Positions 1-13,820 of a stretch of 64,000 nucleotides of DNA are shown piece after piece. The stretch comes from Cetorhinus maximus (Eukaryota): assembly GCF_964194155.1 (NCBI RefSeq), contig NC_135884.1:112654001-112718000 (forward strand), given 5' to 3'. Every line of letters starts with the position of its first letter. Position 1 is the first letter of the stretch. The notes under the pieces are model-generated. The model searched no databases. It was not told the DNA's origin and was given only the letters and a program-made list of their open reading frames with translations. Made by a program: the position numbers and the translations under genes.

Positions 1-1628
1 GAAGTCAGGAAAATTACAATCACCAGAATGGTGGTACTGAATGAATTGTTGGAGCTGTGGGCTGACAAGAGCCCGGGTCCTGATGGACTTCATCCTAGGA
101 TCTTAAAAGAAGTGTTTAGTGAGATAGTTGATGCATTGGTTTTAATTTTCCAAAATTCCCTAGATTGGAAGATAGCCAATGTAACTCCATTATTCAAAAA
201 GGGAGGGAGACAGAAAGCAGGAAACTACAGGCCAGTTAGCCTAACATCTGTCACAGGGAAAATGTTAGAAGCTATTATTAAAGATGTTATAGCAGGGCAC
301 TTAGAAAAATTCAAGGTAATCAGGCAGAGTCAACATGGTTTTGTGAAAGGGAAATCGTGTTTAACCAACTTATTGGAGTTCTTTGAAGAAGTTTCATGTG
401 CTGTGGATAAAGGGGAACTGGTGGATGTACTGTACTTAGATTTCCAGAAGGCATCTGATAAAGTGCCACATCAAAGGTTATTGCGGAAAATAAAAACTCA
501 TGGTATATGGGTAACATATTGGCACGGATAGGAGATTGGCTGGCTAACAGGAAGCAGAGAGTAGGCATAAATGGGTCTTTTTCAGGTTGGCAAGATGTAA
601 CGAGTGGTGTGCCACTCAGGGATTAGTTCTGGGACCTCAACTGTTTACAATTTATATAAATGACTTGGATGAAGGGATTGAAGGGATAGTTGCCAAATCT
701 GCTGATGACACAAAGGTAGGTAGGAAAGTAAGTTGTGAAGAAGACATAAGGAGGCTACAAAAAGAAATAGATAGGTTAAATCAATGGGCATTGATCTGCC
801 AAATGGAGTATAATGTGGGAAAATGTGAAATGATCCATTTTGGCAGAAAGAATAAAAGAGAAGCAAATTATCTAAATGGTGAGAGATTGCAGAGCTCTGA
901 GGTGCAGAGAGATCTGGATGTCCTAGTGCATGAATCACAAAAGATTAGTATGCAAGTACAGCAAATAATTAGGAAAGCTAATAGAATATTATCATATATT
1001 GTGAGGTGAATTGAATATGCAAGTAGGGAGGTTATGCTTCAGTTGTACAGGGTACCAGTGAGGCCACATTTGGAGTACTGTGTGCAGTATTGGTCACCTT
1101 ATTTAAAGAAGGATGTAAATATATTGGAAGCAGTTCAGGGAAGGTTTATCAGACTAGTACCTGGATTAGGCGGGTTGCCATATGAGGAAAGGTTGGACAG
1201 ACTAGGCCTGTATCCGCTGGAGTTTAGAAGAGTAAGAGGCGACTTGATTGAAACATATAAGATCCTGTGGGGTCTGACGGGGTGGATGTGGAGAGGATGT
1301 TTCCTCTTGTGGAAAAATCTAGAACTAGGGGTCATTGTTTAAAAATAAGGGGTCGCCCACTGAAAACAGAGATGAGGCAAAATTTTTTCACTCAGACGGT
1401 CGTGAGTCTTTGGAACTCTCTTCCTGAAAAGGTGGTGGAAGCAGAGTCTTTTGAATATATTTGAGGCAGAGGTGGATAGATTCTTGGTAAGCAGGGGGTT
1501 GATAGGTAATCGGGGGTAGGTGGGATGCAGATTTCAAGTTATTATCAGGTCAGCCACGACCTTATTGGATGGCTGAGCAGGCTTGAGGGGCTGAATGGCC
1601 TACTCCTGCTCCTTGTTTGTATGTCGTT
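1..1628 (+). mobile_element. CR1-clade LINE, degenerate 3' part of ORF2 (RT) plus 3' UTR
   Basis: Frameshifted ORFs 28-531, 587-1009 and 1034-1464 carry CR1 RT motifs (KSPGPDGLHPRILKE, NYRPVSLTS, QHGFVKGKSCLTNL, LDFQKA, ADDTK, RPHLEYCVQYWSP). Typical 3' end gaatggcctactcctgctcct. Confidence 0.93.
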
Positions 1629-1819
1629 CTTTTATTATTGGAGAGGATGTGGGACCAAAATTTTAGCTTGGGGTTGAATAGGATAGAGGGGTTGCGAAAT
1701 GCCTGATCTGGCTGAAGACAGTAGCTGGGGAGGAGGAGCTGGAATCGGTGGCCAGGGTGTGGAGTTAGAGGTGAGTTGGCGGTTGCCAAAAACTATTGCG
1801 TTGGTCTCTTGCACACCCC

Positions 1820-2073
1820 TGATTTTCTTTGCTCCACCATTGGCAGCCATGACTTCAGTTGTCTAAGCCTTGAACTCTGGAATTCCTTCCCTAAACTCTC
1901 CACTTCTCTTTCCTCCTTTAAGGCATTCCTTAAAACTTACCTCTGTGACTAACTTTTAGTCACCTGTTGTAATATTCCTTTATGTGGCTTGCTGTCAAAT
2001 TTTGTTTAAGACTGACTCCTGTGAAGTGCCTTTACTATGTAAATGCCACAATATAACTGCAAGTTGTTGTTGT
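1820..2073 (+). mobile_element. L2-type LINE 3' end with (GTT)n tail
   Basis: gctccaccattggc..tggaattcc..cctttaag..tgcaagttgttgttgt. A similar copy lies at 36940-37203. Confidence 0.6.
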
Positions 2074-2613
2074 GAAATGGAAAAAGATTGCAGCTTATCC
2101 AAGATTGTATGTCAAACAAGCAGACTAACAACATAGAGGAAATGTAAGAGTCAGAGAGGTGATGGAGAGTTATAGCTAGATATTGTTACCACACCTGTGG
2201 AAACTGACCCTATCTCTACAGATAATATCGCCAAGGAGCAGCATATAAATGAGGAAGATGAAGAGGTTGGGGGAAGGATAAATTGCCGCAACTGTCCAGA
2301 GGAAATGGGAAGGGGCAGTGGGTGTTTTGGAGAGAATGTTTAGGGGTCGGGGTGGATTTGGAGGGGAGATGAGGGAATAAAAGCCATTGCTTGAGATGGT
2401 CTAAGTTTGGATAAATAAGACTGGAAGCAAGCCAGGGCAACCCCAACCAGCAGAAGTGTTGGAGGGGGATGGTACAGTTGACCATTGCAAAGACTGCACA
2501 GAGGAATAACTTGCTATGGTCACAAAGGATATAACTTGTGCCTTTGGTTAGGGATAGTTTGGTGGTGTGATAGGGGCAGAAAACTGACTGTAGAAATTCA
2601 AACACAAAGTTAT

Positions 2614-2732
2614 GGAGCAGAATTTTACACCGGCGGGGTTTTACGGTCCTGCCGAAGTCAATGGACCTATGAATGGCTTGCTGCATTTTACAGCCCCCAC
2701 CACCACCACGACTGGGCAGTACAATTCCACCC
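2614..2732. mobile_element. Small MITE-like element
   Basis: Imperfect terminal inverted repeats ggagcagaattttac / gtacaattccaccc, inserted in the L2 remnant. Confidence 0.35.
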
Positions 2733-3016
2733 ATGGAAAAGTTGAGCATGGATTTGGGAGGCGCAAACATGGTCAAGGACTTTGGTGAGAAAAAGGTTGA
2801 AGTTTGCAATGACAAAGAGCTCGAAGATGTTTTTAAAGGGGAGCTGATACGATTCAGGTAATCCTCATAGTTAATAAGAGTTTCATTCTTGCTGTTTCTG
2901 TCATCTGAATCCCATTACCACAGCATTACTTACATCCATCTAACCCATATTGTATACTTTGCCTCCTTGCAAATTGAATACAGCACAAATGAGGGAGTAA
3001 TTTATTTTCTTTTGTT

Positions 3017-3853
3017 GTAATGTTATGAATGCAATATTTTATATGATGATTATGTTTTGGACTGTCTTTTTAATTCAAGATAAAATAAAATAGTGAAGAG
3101 AGTCACATAATCTGCTTCACATTCTGCCCGACAACAAGCCTGGGTGCCTGGTTACCATGGGGACAGGAGAGCACAGGTGAGACTTGCTGAGAGCAAGATG
3201 CAAAATATTCACACCAGAAAACAAAGGCAAGAGCAGCTTGGCTAACTGTGGACAGACTTTAGGTCTCTGAGTGGTTGGACAGAAAAAGAGAGCGTGCGAG
3301 GGAGGTCTCACAGAGACAAATGGTTGCAGCTGGTGTGGGCAGTACAGAAAAAGTTGAGAGTTCTCAAATAGATACCAGGCAGAATGCAGGAGGGAGAGGT
3401 GCATCCCATGCCAATCTAAAGGCTCAGAAAGATTTGTCCTGGTGAGGCTGGGAGAAGAAATCATTGGAGTGGTTCGTCGGTTCGGAAAGTCTCTGAAAAT
3501 TTTCGACAGTCACTCAACCTTACAACCTGACGAAATGGGGAGACGTGAATCCATTGGAAGCTGGGAGTGACTGTGGACAGTTTCCTATAAAGACTGTAAT
3601 CCAGTGGGGAGCACACTATGATGTTTATGTATGTGGTATGGGGTTATCAGTCACACTAAAACAATAATAATGGTTATCTTTTCTATATTTTAGAATATTA
3701 GTTGTCCACTTGGTAATATTTAGTCGATGTAGCTTTTAGTTTGCTTGTTACAGTAAATCTTAAAACGTGAAATCTTGTGCAATTCCTCAAAGTCAGTCAC
3801 TGGGAATCGAAATATCTTTTTAAAAGCTATCGATCTCTACAGGGATTGTAATA
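3017..3853 (+). mobile_element. Solo LTR-like element (degenerate)
   Basis: Begins tgtaa and has no coding capacity. Its last ~100 bp (3755-3853) match the reverse complement of 4060-4160. Confidence 0.45.
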
Positions 3854-4059
3854 GTAATCAATACATAAATAATTCTCAAGTAAACTGGCAGATCATTAAT
3901 TCAGATTTCAGTTCTGTGTTTTCACAAATTATTAACAGGATAGAGAGGCACTGGAGAAGGTACAAAAAAGATTCACAACTGAAAGGTTATATCTATTAGG
4001 AAAGGCTGAATAGACTGAGTGGCTTTTTTGTAGAGAGAGAAGATTGAGGGATGGCCTAC

Positions 4060-4790
4060 ATTACGATCTCCATAGAAACCAATAACTTTTAAAAAGAGAT
4101 CTGAACTTTCAATTACTAGTTGAAAGAATCATAATGCAAGATTTCACGTTTTAAAACTTTTACACATGACTAAAAGCACAATTGACTAAACACGAGTTTC
4201 TTTTTGTAGGCAACTTATACTTCAAACTACAGAAAGGAACATTCCCCTTTTATACTTATCATCTAACACTCTCTCCACAGAATTACAGTCCTTTTAGGAA
4301 ATGGTCCACAGTAGCACCCAGCTTCCAATGGGTTCCTGTATCCCCGTTTAATGTGACTGTCTCCAAATTCTTTCCCTAGTTCCAGGAGAGTTTCTTAAAT
4401 CCACCACCAGCAGTAAAGCCTGTTCCCATAATTCTTCTTTCCCCTGGTCAGGCCAAGAAGAATCTCCCGGAATCCTTAGATGGCTGCAGGATATGGCTCT
4501 TCGACTAGAGACGGTCTCCCTCCAGGATCCATCTGTGGTAGCTCACAAAATCAAACAGCCTCTTCTCTCTGCTGGCCATACAAACCTCTGTCTGTCTGTG
4601 ATATTCATTGATTTATAGGGAAGCCTGTGACCTGATCTCAAAAAATGGCTTCCTCTGCCCTCTTCCCCATGGCAACGTGAAACACATTAGCCTTGCATCC
4701 ATGTAGAACAGCTGATTAGCTATTCTTGATCCAACTCCCTTTCATCTTAGAAGTAAATGAACAGTTTACAGCATGACTATTTACAACCTG
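4060..4790 (-). mobile_element. Solo LTR-like element, reverse orientation
   Basis: Its terminus is related to the terminus of the 3017-3853 element, and it interrupts the CR1 fragment. Confidence 0.4.
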
Positions 4791-4815
4791 ATACCTACAA
4801 ATCTTTCTGGGACTT

Positions 4816-5787
4816 TGTATGAGAAATGGATGCCTTTTTTATATTTTGGGGGAATATTGTGTTATTCTGTGGAAAAGTCCATGTGTGTGTATGATTTAAT
4901 TAAGTTGGGCAGCGATTGATAGGAGACAAGTTGGCTGGGGAGGTTGAAACATGAAAAGGATAGAGGTGCTAGGTCTGATGTACAAGTAAATAGGTTAGAT
5001 CTAACATTTACGTTTTTATAAAAGTGGAGAGTTTGTTTGAATATCAAAGGGGAGTCAGGGGTGAAGAGAACATGTTTCCTCTTACAGGAGTTTCATAGGT
5101 AAACAGGAAGTAGGGATTTTATATTTTATTGACCCGAAAGCAAAGACAAAATAGAGACATGAAATATTTTATGTTTGGAAGGATTTGAGTTTCAAAGAGG
5201 TGTGAGAACAATGGAACCTGAGATGAAAGGGGGAAAATAAAGGTATTTTAGAATAATTGTTTGAGCTGTTGAGGTAGCAGCTGGAGCTGAGTGGGAGCTG
5301 TAAGCTCTGGGTTTAGAGGAGATGCCGTTTGAACTAGCCATTCAGTCAAGCCAGAAAAGTCTTGGGCTACAACAAGCAGTTTTATTCTGAAGTTTTGATT
5401 CCACAGCAGAGTGGGAGAGAGTTGAGAGGTCTTGTAGGTATGCCTCTATTAAAGCTACAGCAGTTTGCATTGGGTAATATTACTGGAGTTTTATAGTTAA
5501 ACATCTATAAAGGAATGTTGCCTGGAAGGTGACTTGAGGGTTCGATCAAGTAGAGCGTCTTTTTGGGGGAATGTTTTGTAAAACTAAGTTTAACTGTAAT
5601 TTTGTGTGCTTAAGTTTTCTTTTATTCTTGTTAATACAGCTTTTACTTTTAATTTTTAAAACCCCAAAAGTGGTACTGGACCTCTCACTGCTGAGATCAG
5701 TACGTCTTCTTCTCATTTTCAGAATACAAAAAAAGTAAGCCAAGTTCCCTCTGGGATTTACAATTAACATCATCTGTGGTCATAACA
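4816..5787 (+). mobile_element. Solo LTR-like element
   Basis: tgtatg...cataaca termini with ctt(t) on both flanks; about 970 bp, non-coding. Confidence 0.45.
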
Positions 5788-5824
5788 CTTTGGGACAGTC
5801 AGACTCTACTCACTGTACCATGGA

Positions 5825-7080
5825 TCCATAGAAAAGTTACGACATAGAAAGGGGCCAATCAGCTCATCGTATCTGCGCTGGCCGAAAAAATAATAAAAAA
5901 CTAGCTGCCCATTTTAATCCCATCTTCCAGCACCCAGTCCGTAGCCTTGCAGGTTACAGCATTTCAGCTGCAGATCCAGGTACCTTTTAAATGAGTTGAA
6001 GGTTTCTGCCTCCACCACCAAACCAGGCAGCGAATTCCAAATGCCCACCACTCTCAGGGTGAAGACGTTTTTCCTCATGTCCCCTCTAATCCTTCTACCA
6101 ATCGCCCTAAATCTGTGTCCCCTGGTAACTGACCTCTCCGCTAGGAGAAACAGGGCAACCCTGTCTATTCTATCTAGGCCTCTCATAATCTTGTACAACT
6201 CAATCAGGTCACCCCTCAGCCTCCTCTGTTCCAAAGAAAACAACCCCAGCCTATCCAATCTTTCCTCATAGCTGCAATTTTCAAGCCCTGGCAACGTTCT
6301 TGTAAATCTCCTCTGTACTCTCCCCAGGGCAATGATGTCCTTTCTGTTATGCGGTGACCAGAACTGTACACAAAATTCCAGCTGTGGCCAAACCATTGAT
6401 ATCATCCTACATACAACAGCTATCCTTTTACACTATCAACTACACGGCCAATTTTTGTGTCATCTGCAAATTTCCCAATCATGCCTCACAAGTCTGAATC
6501 ATTAATATATACAACAAACAACAAGGGACCCAACACTGAAGGCTGTGGAACATCACTTGAAACCGTTTTCCCTTCGCAAAAGCATCCATCAACCATTATC
6601 TTTTGTTTCCTGTTCCTGAGCCAATTTTGGATCCAACTCGCCACATTCCCCTGTTTTCCATGGGCTTTTACTTTTCTGGCCAGTCTTCCATGTGGGACCT
6701 TGTCAAATGCCTTACTAAAATCCATGTAGACAACATCCACTGCACTACCCTCATTAATCCTCCTTGTTGCTTGCTCAAAAAATTTGAGTTATAAAATTAA
6801 AGTTATAAGACGTGACCTTCCCCTCGCAAAACCATGCTGATTATCCCTGATCAGTCCGTGTCTTTCTAAGTGACACTTTATCCTGCCTTTCAAAATTGAT
6901 TCTAATAATTTGCCCACCACCGAAGTCGGAATGACCAGCCTATAATTATTTGGCCTATCCTTCACACCCTTTTGAAATAACGGTACAAGATTCGCAGACT
7001 TCCAATCCTCTGGTACCTCACCTGTGCCTAGTGAGGATTGGAAAATGATCCTCAGATAATCCGTTATTTCCTCCCCAGTT
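5825..7080 (-). mobile_element. CR1 LINE, 5'-truncated and degenerate
   Basis: ORFs 6789-7112, 6486-6740 and 5914-6405 carry CR1 RT motifs (VPEDWK, MDFSKAFDKVPH, LEFCVQFWSP). Confidence 0.9.
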
Positions 7081-7349
7081 TCAGAGACTGCTGCCATTTT
7101 CTCCAAGTGCAAACACCTTGCACCTTCTTCTCAGAAGAACAATCTCAGCCTTCCTTTGGTCTCTAACAGTCAAACCAGCCAGATGTAGAGTCAGGCAGAC
7201 TGCAAAACAAGTCACATGACCCCCTTCATTTACCCTAAATTTAAAGGTACAGTCCTAAACATAGTAATCTTATAAACCTCATAACTGCAACTTTAAAGAT
7301 CTCTTTTGGGTGTTACGAAGGGGTATTCATAAAGTAAATGTGGAGAAGA

Positions 7350-8265
7350 TCATAGAGGATACAGAGCCAAAGGAAGCAATTTGGTCCATCGTGTCTCTTT
7401 AGTAGAAATGTCCAATTAGTTCCATTCCTGTGCTCTTTCCACATAGTCCTGTAAATTTTCCCCTTCAAGTATTTATCTAATTTTATTTTCATTGGTACTA
7501 TTTGAATTGAATTTCATCACACTTTCAGACAGTGAGTTCCAGATCATGACAACTCACTGTATAAAAGAATGTTTCCTCATGTCGCCCCTGATCCATTAAT
7601 CTTAATCTATGTTCTCTGGTTACCGACCTGTCTGCCACTGGAGACAATTTCTCCTTCTTTGTTCTATCAAAACTATTCATGGTTTTAAGCATCTCTATCA
7701 AATCTCTTCTTAACTTTCCCTGCTCAAAGGAGAAAACACCAGCTTCTCCTGTCTCTCCTGACAACTGAAGTCTTTCATCCCTGGTACTGTTCCAGTAAAT
7801 CTCTTCTGCATCCACTCGAAGATCTTGACATTCTTTCTGAAGTGCAGCACCCTGAACAGTGTTTTATAGAAGGTTTAGTTCAACTTCTTTCCTTTTGTAC
7901 TCTATTCCTCTAGTAATGAAGCCCAGGATCCAATCTACATTTTTAACAGCCTTCTCAACTTGTCCTGCCACCAAAGATTTGTGTACAGACATCCCTAGCT
8001 CTTTATGTTCGCTCACCCCCTCTAAAATTGTACAATTTTACTCATACTGCCTCTCCTCATTCCTCCTAAAAAAAAGTATCACTTCATACCTCCCTGCAAT
8101 GGTTTTTATCTGCCATGTGTCTGCCCACTTCACCAATCTATGTCCTCCTGAAGTCAGTTACTACTATCCTCTTTGTTGTTTATTACATTTCTGATATTTG
8201 TGTCATCTGCAAACATCGACATTATGGCCTTTAACCCCAACTCCTGGCCATCAGTATATATTGAA
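7350..8265 (-). mobile_element. CR1 LINE 3' fragment
   Basis: Degenerate RT C-terminus (tgtgtcatctgcaaa = FADDT reversed) and CR1 3' UTR. Confidence 0.8.
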
Positions 8266-8405
8266 ATGATTTTTCCACTTGCGGGGGGACTAAAGCTAGG
8301 TGCCATCAATATAAAATACTCTTAATAAATCCAATAGGAAACTTAGGAGAAACTTCTTTACCCAAAGGATGGTGAAGCATGTGAAACCTGTTACCACATT
8401 GAGTA

Positions 8406-8574
8406 AAAGCAAAATACTGCGGATGCTGGAAATCTGAAACAAAAACAGAAAATGCTGGAAAAACTCAGCAGGTATGACAGCACCTGTGGAGAGAGTAGAT
8501 CAAAGTTAACATTTCGAGTCCGTATGGCCCTTCTTCAGAGCTCTGAAGAATGGTCATACAGACTCGAAACGTTA
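8406..8574. mobile_element. Solo Penelope terminal-repeat (pLTR) insertion with palindromic hammerhead-like end
   Basis: 13-bp TSD accacattgagta (8393-8405, 8575-8587). 36-bp inverted arms centred on 8540/8541. CTGAAGA..GAAACGTT motif. Matches the PLE 3' end at 22880-23015. Confidence 0.85.
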
Positions 8575-8759
8575 ACCACATTGAGTAGCTGAGGTCACTA
8601 GCATAGATGCATTTAAGGGAAGTTAGCTAAGCACAAGATGAAGAAAGGATTAGAAGAATTTGCTGATAGGATTAGGTGGAGAGGTGAGAGGGAACTCACG
8701 TGGAGCATAAACACCAGTCAGGCCAGATGGCCTGCGTCTATGCTGGAGGTTCAAGAAAA

Positions 8760-9175
8760 CAACATGGTTTCATGAGGAGTGATTTTGTCTGACCAACTTC
8801 ATTGACTTTCTGGAGCCGAGGGTGGCACATCGAGTGGACAATGATAAAATCTCAAGCCATGGTGTATCCAACCTTCCAGAAAGCACGTGACTAAACTGCT
8901 TATGAAAGGCTCCTGCAAAAGCTCAAAGCTGTGAAAACTCAAGGTAAAACTAGTTTTGTTTCAATTTTCTCCTTCAAAGGCAAATTAGGGGTCGTCCTTT
9001 TAGGACAGAGATGAGGAGGAATTTTTTTCTCTGAGGATTGTGCAACTTTGGAACCCTCTGCCTCAGAAGACGGTAGAGGTGGGGTCACTGAATATTTTTA
9101 AGGCGGAGGTAGATAGTTTCTTGTTAGGCAAGGTAATTAAAGGTTATTGGGGATAGATGGGAGTTGGACTATTCT
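8760..9175 (+). mobile_element. CR1 fragments
   Basis: Degenerate QHGF..SCLTN and GRPFRTEMRRNFF segments. Confidence 0.65.
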
Positions 9176-10890
9176 TAACTACTGACTGGGTGAACAATGT
9201 TAGAAGAGCTACAATCCTCTGAACATATGTTGCACAATTGGCTTCAAAGGAAAATTTAAAAAAATACACCTCAGATTTTGGTTTCATTGTTTAAAAGGCA
9301 ATGCATCCAAACAATCCTATGATTGTCTCTTAATTCAAAAATTGAATAGACAAAGATACCTTATATCCAAAAAAAATTACAATTAATAAAACACTCTTTA
9401 TGGTAGTCACAATGTTGAAGCCCAAAGGAATAACTCTTATTACATATCATGATACATGAGAAAGAAAAACATGTCTACAAAAGGAAAGAGGAAAATAATA
9501 TAGGAACATTAATGTGCCTCCTGGATTATATGAAAATGATGGACATGGAATTATGACTGACAACTAATTTATTCTCCCCATCCCAGAAACAGTTTTAATA
9601 TCATCTCATTGAAATAGTTGAGGTGGTCCTTGTTTTTTTGAATAGCTCCATACAAGCATGTCCTCCTTCAAGTTTGTAACAATTTAGTGCTAACTGTGAA
9701 TACAGGGCTGTAACAAACAAGAAAGCATTTAAATGTTGCATAAAACATGACGCTCCACAATTTCTGCCAGAGCAGGCAAAACGATTAAGAAAGTGAAATA
9801 CACAAGAATATTTAGATGGCTTTTTGACGAAAAGAAGTGGAATTGAGGTTTTTACTTTAAAGAATAAATGTCCCCCGATTACTTTCTTACTAAATAACTT
9901 AGTAATAAACTTTGACTTCTGAATGCAATAAACAATCTGTCCACTGGGGTGCAGTATTATTTCAGAATAAAAATAAGTAATAACATTTTGACTAAAACAC
10001 TATGACAAGAATGCTATCTAAATTCATGTTTACTGAATGACCATCCACTCTTCAAAGGCTGAACCAAGCAAAGTAATTTCACAGCGCAAATTCCTCGCGT
10101 TAACAATGTGATTTAGTGCTCAATAGCATTTTCTCTTTAGTGTTAAAGAAATACTTGAGTTAAAATTCAAAACTGGCTCACACATTTAAAAATGAAAGGC
10201 AATGTTTTTCTTGACTACAACGTTATTCAAAGCATTGAAATGCAGCAGCTACAATCATGATATTCGTTTTTTAAAAATATTTCCTTTTCTGTGATAATCC
10301 AGCAGGTTATCTGCTCTTCTCAATCTCCAGCTTGAAGATTTTTCTTCTCATGTCTGGCTCTCTGCCACAGGTCCCTATAATCTGAGATCTCCCTATATGT
10401 GCACTCACCTACACATTTTGGCTGGCACACCCTGCTTATGGATCCCTATTTTCCCAACTTTTTCATCCGCTTCCTGGCCCTGCAGTACTCTCTCTCCTCC
10501 TCTTGTACTACTCTGATGGTGCCCATGGCCATTCCCAGAGATACTATGCACTGCCTTTCACACTGGAGCAACATCAATTCCTCATGACTATCCGGCCAAG
10601 CTGACTCCTTATGGCACTGATGGGGGGTGTTGGGGTGTTGGGGTGAGGGAGGGAGAGAGAGAGGCGGATGGGGGAAATGGGGGGTGGTGGGGCTGAGGCA
10701 GGGGAGGGGCTGACTAATGTCTCAAACCTCCTTGTGTCCTTTTTATTTCTTCCAAAGCCCCTTACGCTGGCTCAATGGATCAGCAACCAGTGGACTTTTG
10801 AAACATTCTCCTTGATGACAGTTACGCTGTGAACAATGCCCTTCCTATCCATAATTATACCACTGATATCCCTGACTCAAGAGAAATCTT

Positions 10891-13820
10891 ACTTACACGA
10901 ACATACGAAATAGAAGTAAGCCATTCGGCCCCTCTAGCCTGCTCCACTGTTCAATAAGATCATGGCTGATCTGTTTGTGTTTTGAATTCCAACTCCCATC
11001 TATCCCCAATAACCTTTAATTCCCTTGCCTAACAAGAAACTATCTACCTCCACCTTAAAAATATTCAGTGACCCCCACCTCTACCGTCTTCTGAGGCAGA
11101 GGGTTCCAAAGTTGCAAAATCCTCAGAAAAAAGTTCCTCCTCATCTCTGTCCTAAAAGGGCGACTCCTAATTTTAAAACAGTGCCCCCTAGCTCTGGACT
11201 CACTCACAAAAGGAAACAACCTTTCCACGTCAACCTTGTCAAGGCTGTTCAGGATCTTATATACTTCAATCAAGTCATCCCTCACTCTTCTAAACCCCAG
11301 TGGAAACAAACCCAGTCTGTCCAACCTTTCCTCATAAGACAATCTGCTCATTCCAGGTATCAATCTAGTAAACTGCCTCTGAACCGTCTTCAATGCATTT
11401 ACATCCTTTCTTAAGTAAGGAGACCAAAACTGCAGACAGTATTCGAGCTGAGGTCTCACCAATGCCCTGTATAAATGAAGCATAACGTCCTTACTTATAT
11501 GTTCAATTCCTCTCGTAATAAAGGTTAGCATTCCATCAGCCTTCTTAATTACTTGCTGTACCTGCATACTAATTTTTTGTGACTCAAACTAGAACACCTG
11601 GATCAAAAACAAAAATACCTGGAAAAACTCAGCAGGTCTGACAGCATCTGCGGAGAGGGATACAGTTGACGTTTCGAGTCCGTATGACCCTTCATTAGAA
11701 CCTTTTAGAACACCTGGATCCCTCTGTGCCTCGGAATTCTGCAATCGTTCTCTGGTTAAGTAATACTCTGCTTTTTTAATCTTCCTGCCAAAGCGAACAA
11801 CTTCACATTTCCCACAATTAACTTCATCTGCCATATTTTTGTGCACTCACTCAATCTATCTATATATGTCTGCAACCTCTTTATGTCCTCTTCACAACAT
11901 AATTTGCTATCTATCTTTGTGTCATCTGCAAATTTAGCTACCATGCCTTTGGTCCCCTCATCTAAGTCATTCACATAAATTGTAAAAAGTTGAGGCCCCA
12001 GCACAGACCCCGGTGGGGCTCCACTTGTCACATCCTGCCAATCAGAAAAAGGCCAGCCAGCCAATCTTCTATCCACGCTAACATGTTACCCCCTGCACCA
12101 TGGGCTTTTATATTCCGCAATAATCTTTGATGTGGCGCCTTATCAAATGACTTCCGGAAATCCAAGTACAGCACGTTTACAGGCTCCCCTTTATCCACAG
12201 CACATGTTACTTCTTCAAAGAACTCCAATAAATTGGTTAAACACGATTTCCCTTTCACAAAACCATGCTGACTATTCCCAATTACCTTGAGTTTTTCTAA
12301 GTGCCCAGCTATAGCCTCTTTAATGATTGCTTCGAGCACCTTCCCCATGCTAACTGGCCTAGAGTTTCCTGTTTTCTGCCTCTTGTATACAGTAGTTATA
12401 TTTGCTAGTTTCCAGTCTGATGGAACTTATCCAGAATTAGCGAATTTTGGAAAATTAACACCAACACATTTACAACCTCATTAGCCACGTCGTTTAAGAC
12501 CCTAGGGGGAAGTCCATCAGGACCCAGAGATTTGTCAGCCCGCAGCTCCATCAGTTTCTCAGTACTGCTTCCTTAGTGATTATAATTTCATCAAGTTCCC
12601 CTCTCCCTTCCACCTCCTGTTTGACATCTATTATTGGAATGTTTTTTATATCTTCTATAGTGAAGAGAGAATTAAAATATTTGTTAATTTCATCCACCAT
12701 TTCCTTATTATCGACTATTAACTCCCATTCTCACTCTCTAGAGGACCAGCACTCTACTCTCTTCCTTTTTAAATACCTGTAGAAACTCTTGCTATCCGTT
12801 GTTACATTTCTAGCTAGCTTCCTCTCATACTCTAATTTCTTTCTCCTGATGAACCTTTTAGTCATTCTCTGCCGTTCCTTCTTTCTGACCAATCATCTGG
12901 CCTGCCTCTCATCTTTGCGCAGTTATATGCTTTTTTCTGAAGTGTGCTGCTTTCTTTAACTTCTTTAGTTGTCCACGGATGGTGAGTCCTCCCCTTAGAA
13001 TTTTTATTTATAGTAGGAATATACTTATTCTGAGTGTTTTGAAATATCCCGTTAAATGTCTCTCTCTACTGATCTATCCTCTAGCCTAATACCCTAGTTC
13101 ACTTTAGCTAGCTCAGCTTTCATACCTACATAGCTGTCCTTAACTAAGTTTAAAATACTAGTCTTAGACCCATTCTTCTCCCTTTCAAATTGTATATAAA
13201 ATTCAATCATATTGTGGTCGCTGCTACCTAGGGGTGTCTTTACTCTGTCATTAATTAATCCTGTCACATTACACAATACCAAGTCTAATATAACCTGCTC
13301 TCTGGTTGGTTCCAGAACACGCTGCTCTAAGAAATTAACTTGAAAGCATTCTATGAACTCCTCATTCAGGTTACCACTGCCAATTTGATTTTTCCAGTTT
13401 ACATGTAGATTAAAATCACCCATGATTATTACTGTCCAGAGATTATTACCTTTGAGGTTCTGCTTCTTAATTTGGTACCTAGCTCCTCATACTGACTATG
13501 CAGAACCTCTTTCCTTGTCCTGCCTATGTCATTGGTACCTAGATGGACCATGAAAACTGAATCCTCCCCCTGCAAGTTCCTCTCCAGCCCTGAGCAGATA
13601 TCCCAAGCCCTGGTACTGGGCAGGCATTACAGCTTTATGGACTCTTGCTCTCTGCTGCAGGGAACAGTGTCAATCCTCCTCACTATATTGTCCCCTACTA
13701 CCACTACATTCCTGTTTGTTCCCCCACTTGAAAGGCTTCCTGAACCAGGGTGCCATGGCCAGCCTGCTCATCCATCTTGCAGACCTCGCTTTCGTCCACG
13801 CAGCCTAAGCAGCAACCACT
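10891..13820 (-). mobile_element. CR1 LINE with internal deletions (esterase ORF1 remnant, endonuclease and RT fragments)
   Basis: ORFs 13094-13423 (MGDFN..SDHN), 12028-12348, 11756-12076 and 11055-11567. 13440-13800 resembles ORF1 of the 43.9-48.1 kb copy. Confidence 0.9.
11605..11705 (-). mobile_element. Solo Penelope pLTR insertion (101 bp) inside CR1
   Basis: Perfect 15-bp TSD tagaacacctggatc (11590-11604, 11706-11720). Minus strand reads CTAATGA-a-gggtc..gactc-GAAACGTC. Confidence 0.85.

Larger units (their letters stand above)
1630..2830 (-). mobile_element. Old L2-type LINE RT fragments, interrupted by later insertions
   Basis: Reverse strand around 2160-2300 resembles the GVPQGS/LGP..FLIY/YADD region. 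It also resembles the plus-strand L2 remnant at 43050-43700. Confidence 0.55.
3936..8750 (+). mobile_element. Old CR1 3' fragment split into pieces (3936-4058, 7290-7349, 8268-8405, 8575-8750) by nested insertions
   Basis: The pieces join colinearly as the CR1 C-terminus and 3' UTR (ALEKVQKRFT..ERLNRL..; VNVEK|FP; RNFFTQRMV). Confidence 0.6.

Noticed and set aside
2216-2815. 199-aa minus-strand ORF; also the 180-aa ORF at 42742-43284
   Set aside because: Chance open frames across decayed L2 and MITE sequence, out of frame with the RT motifs.
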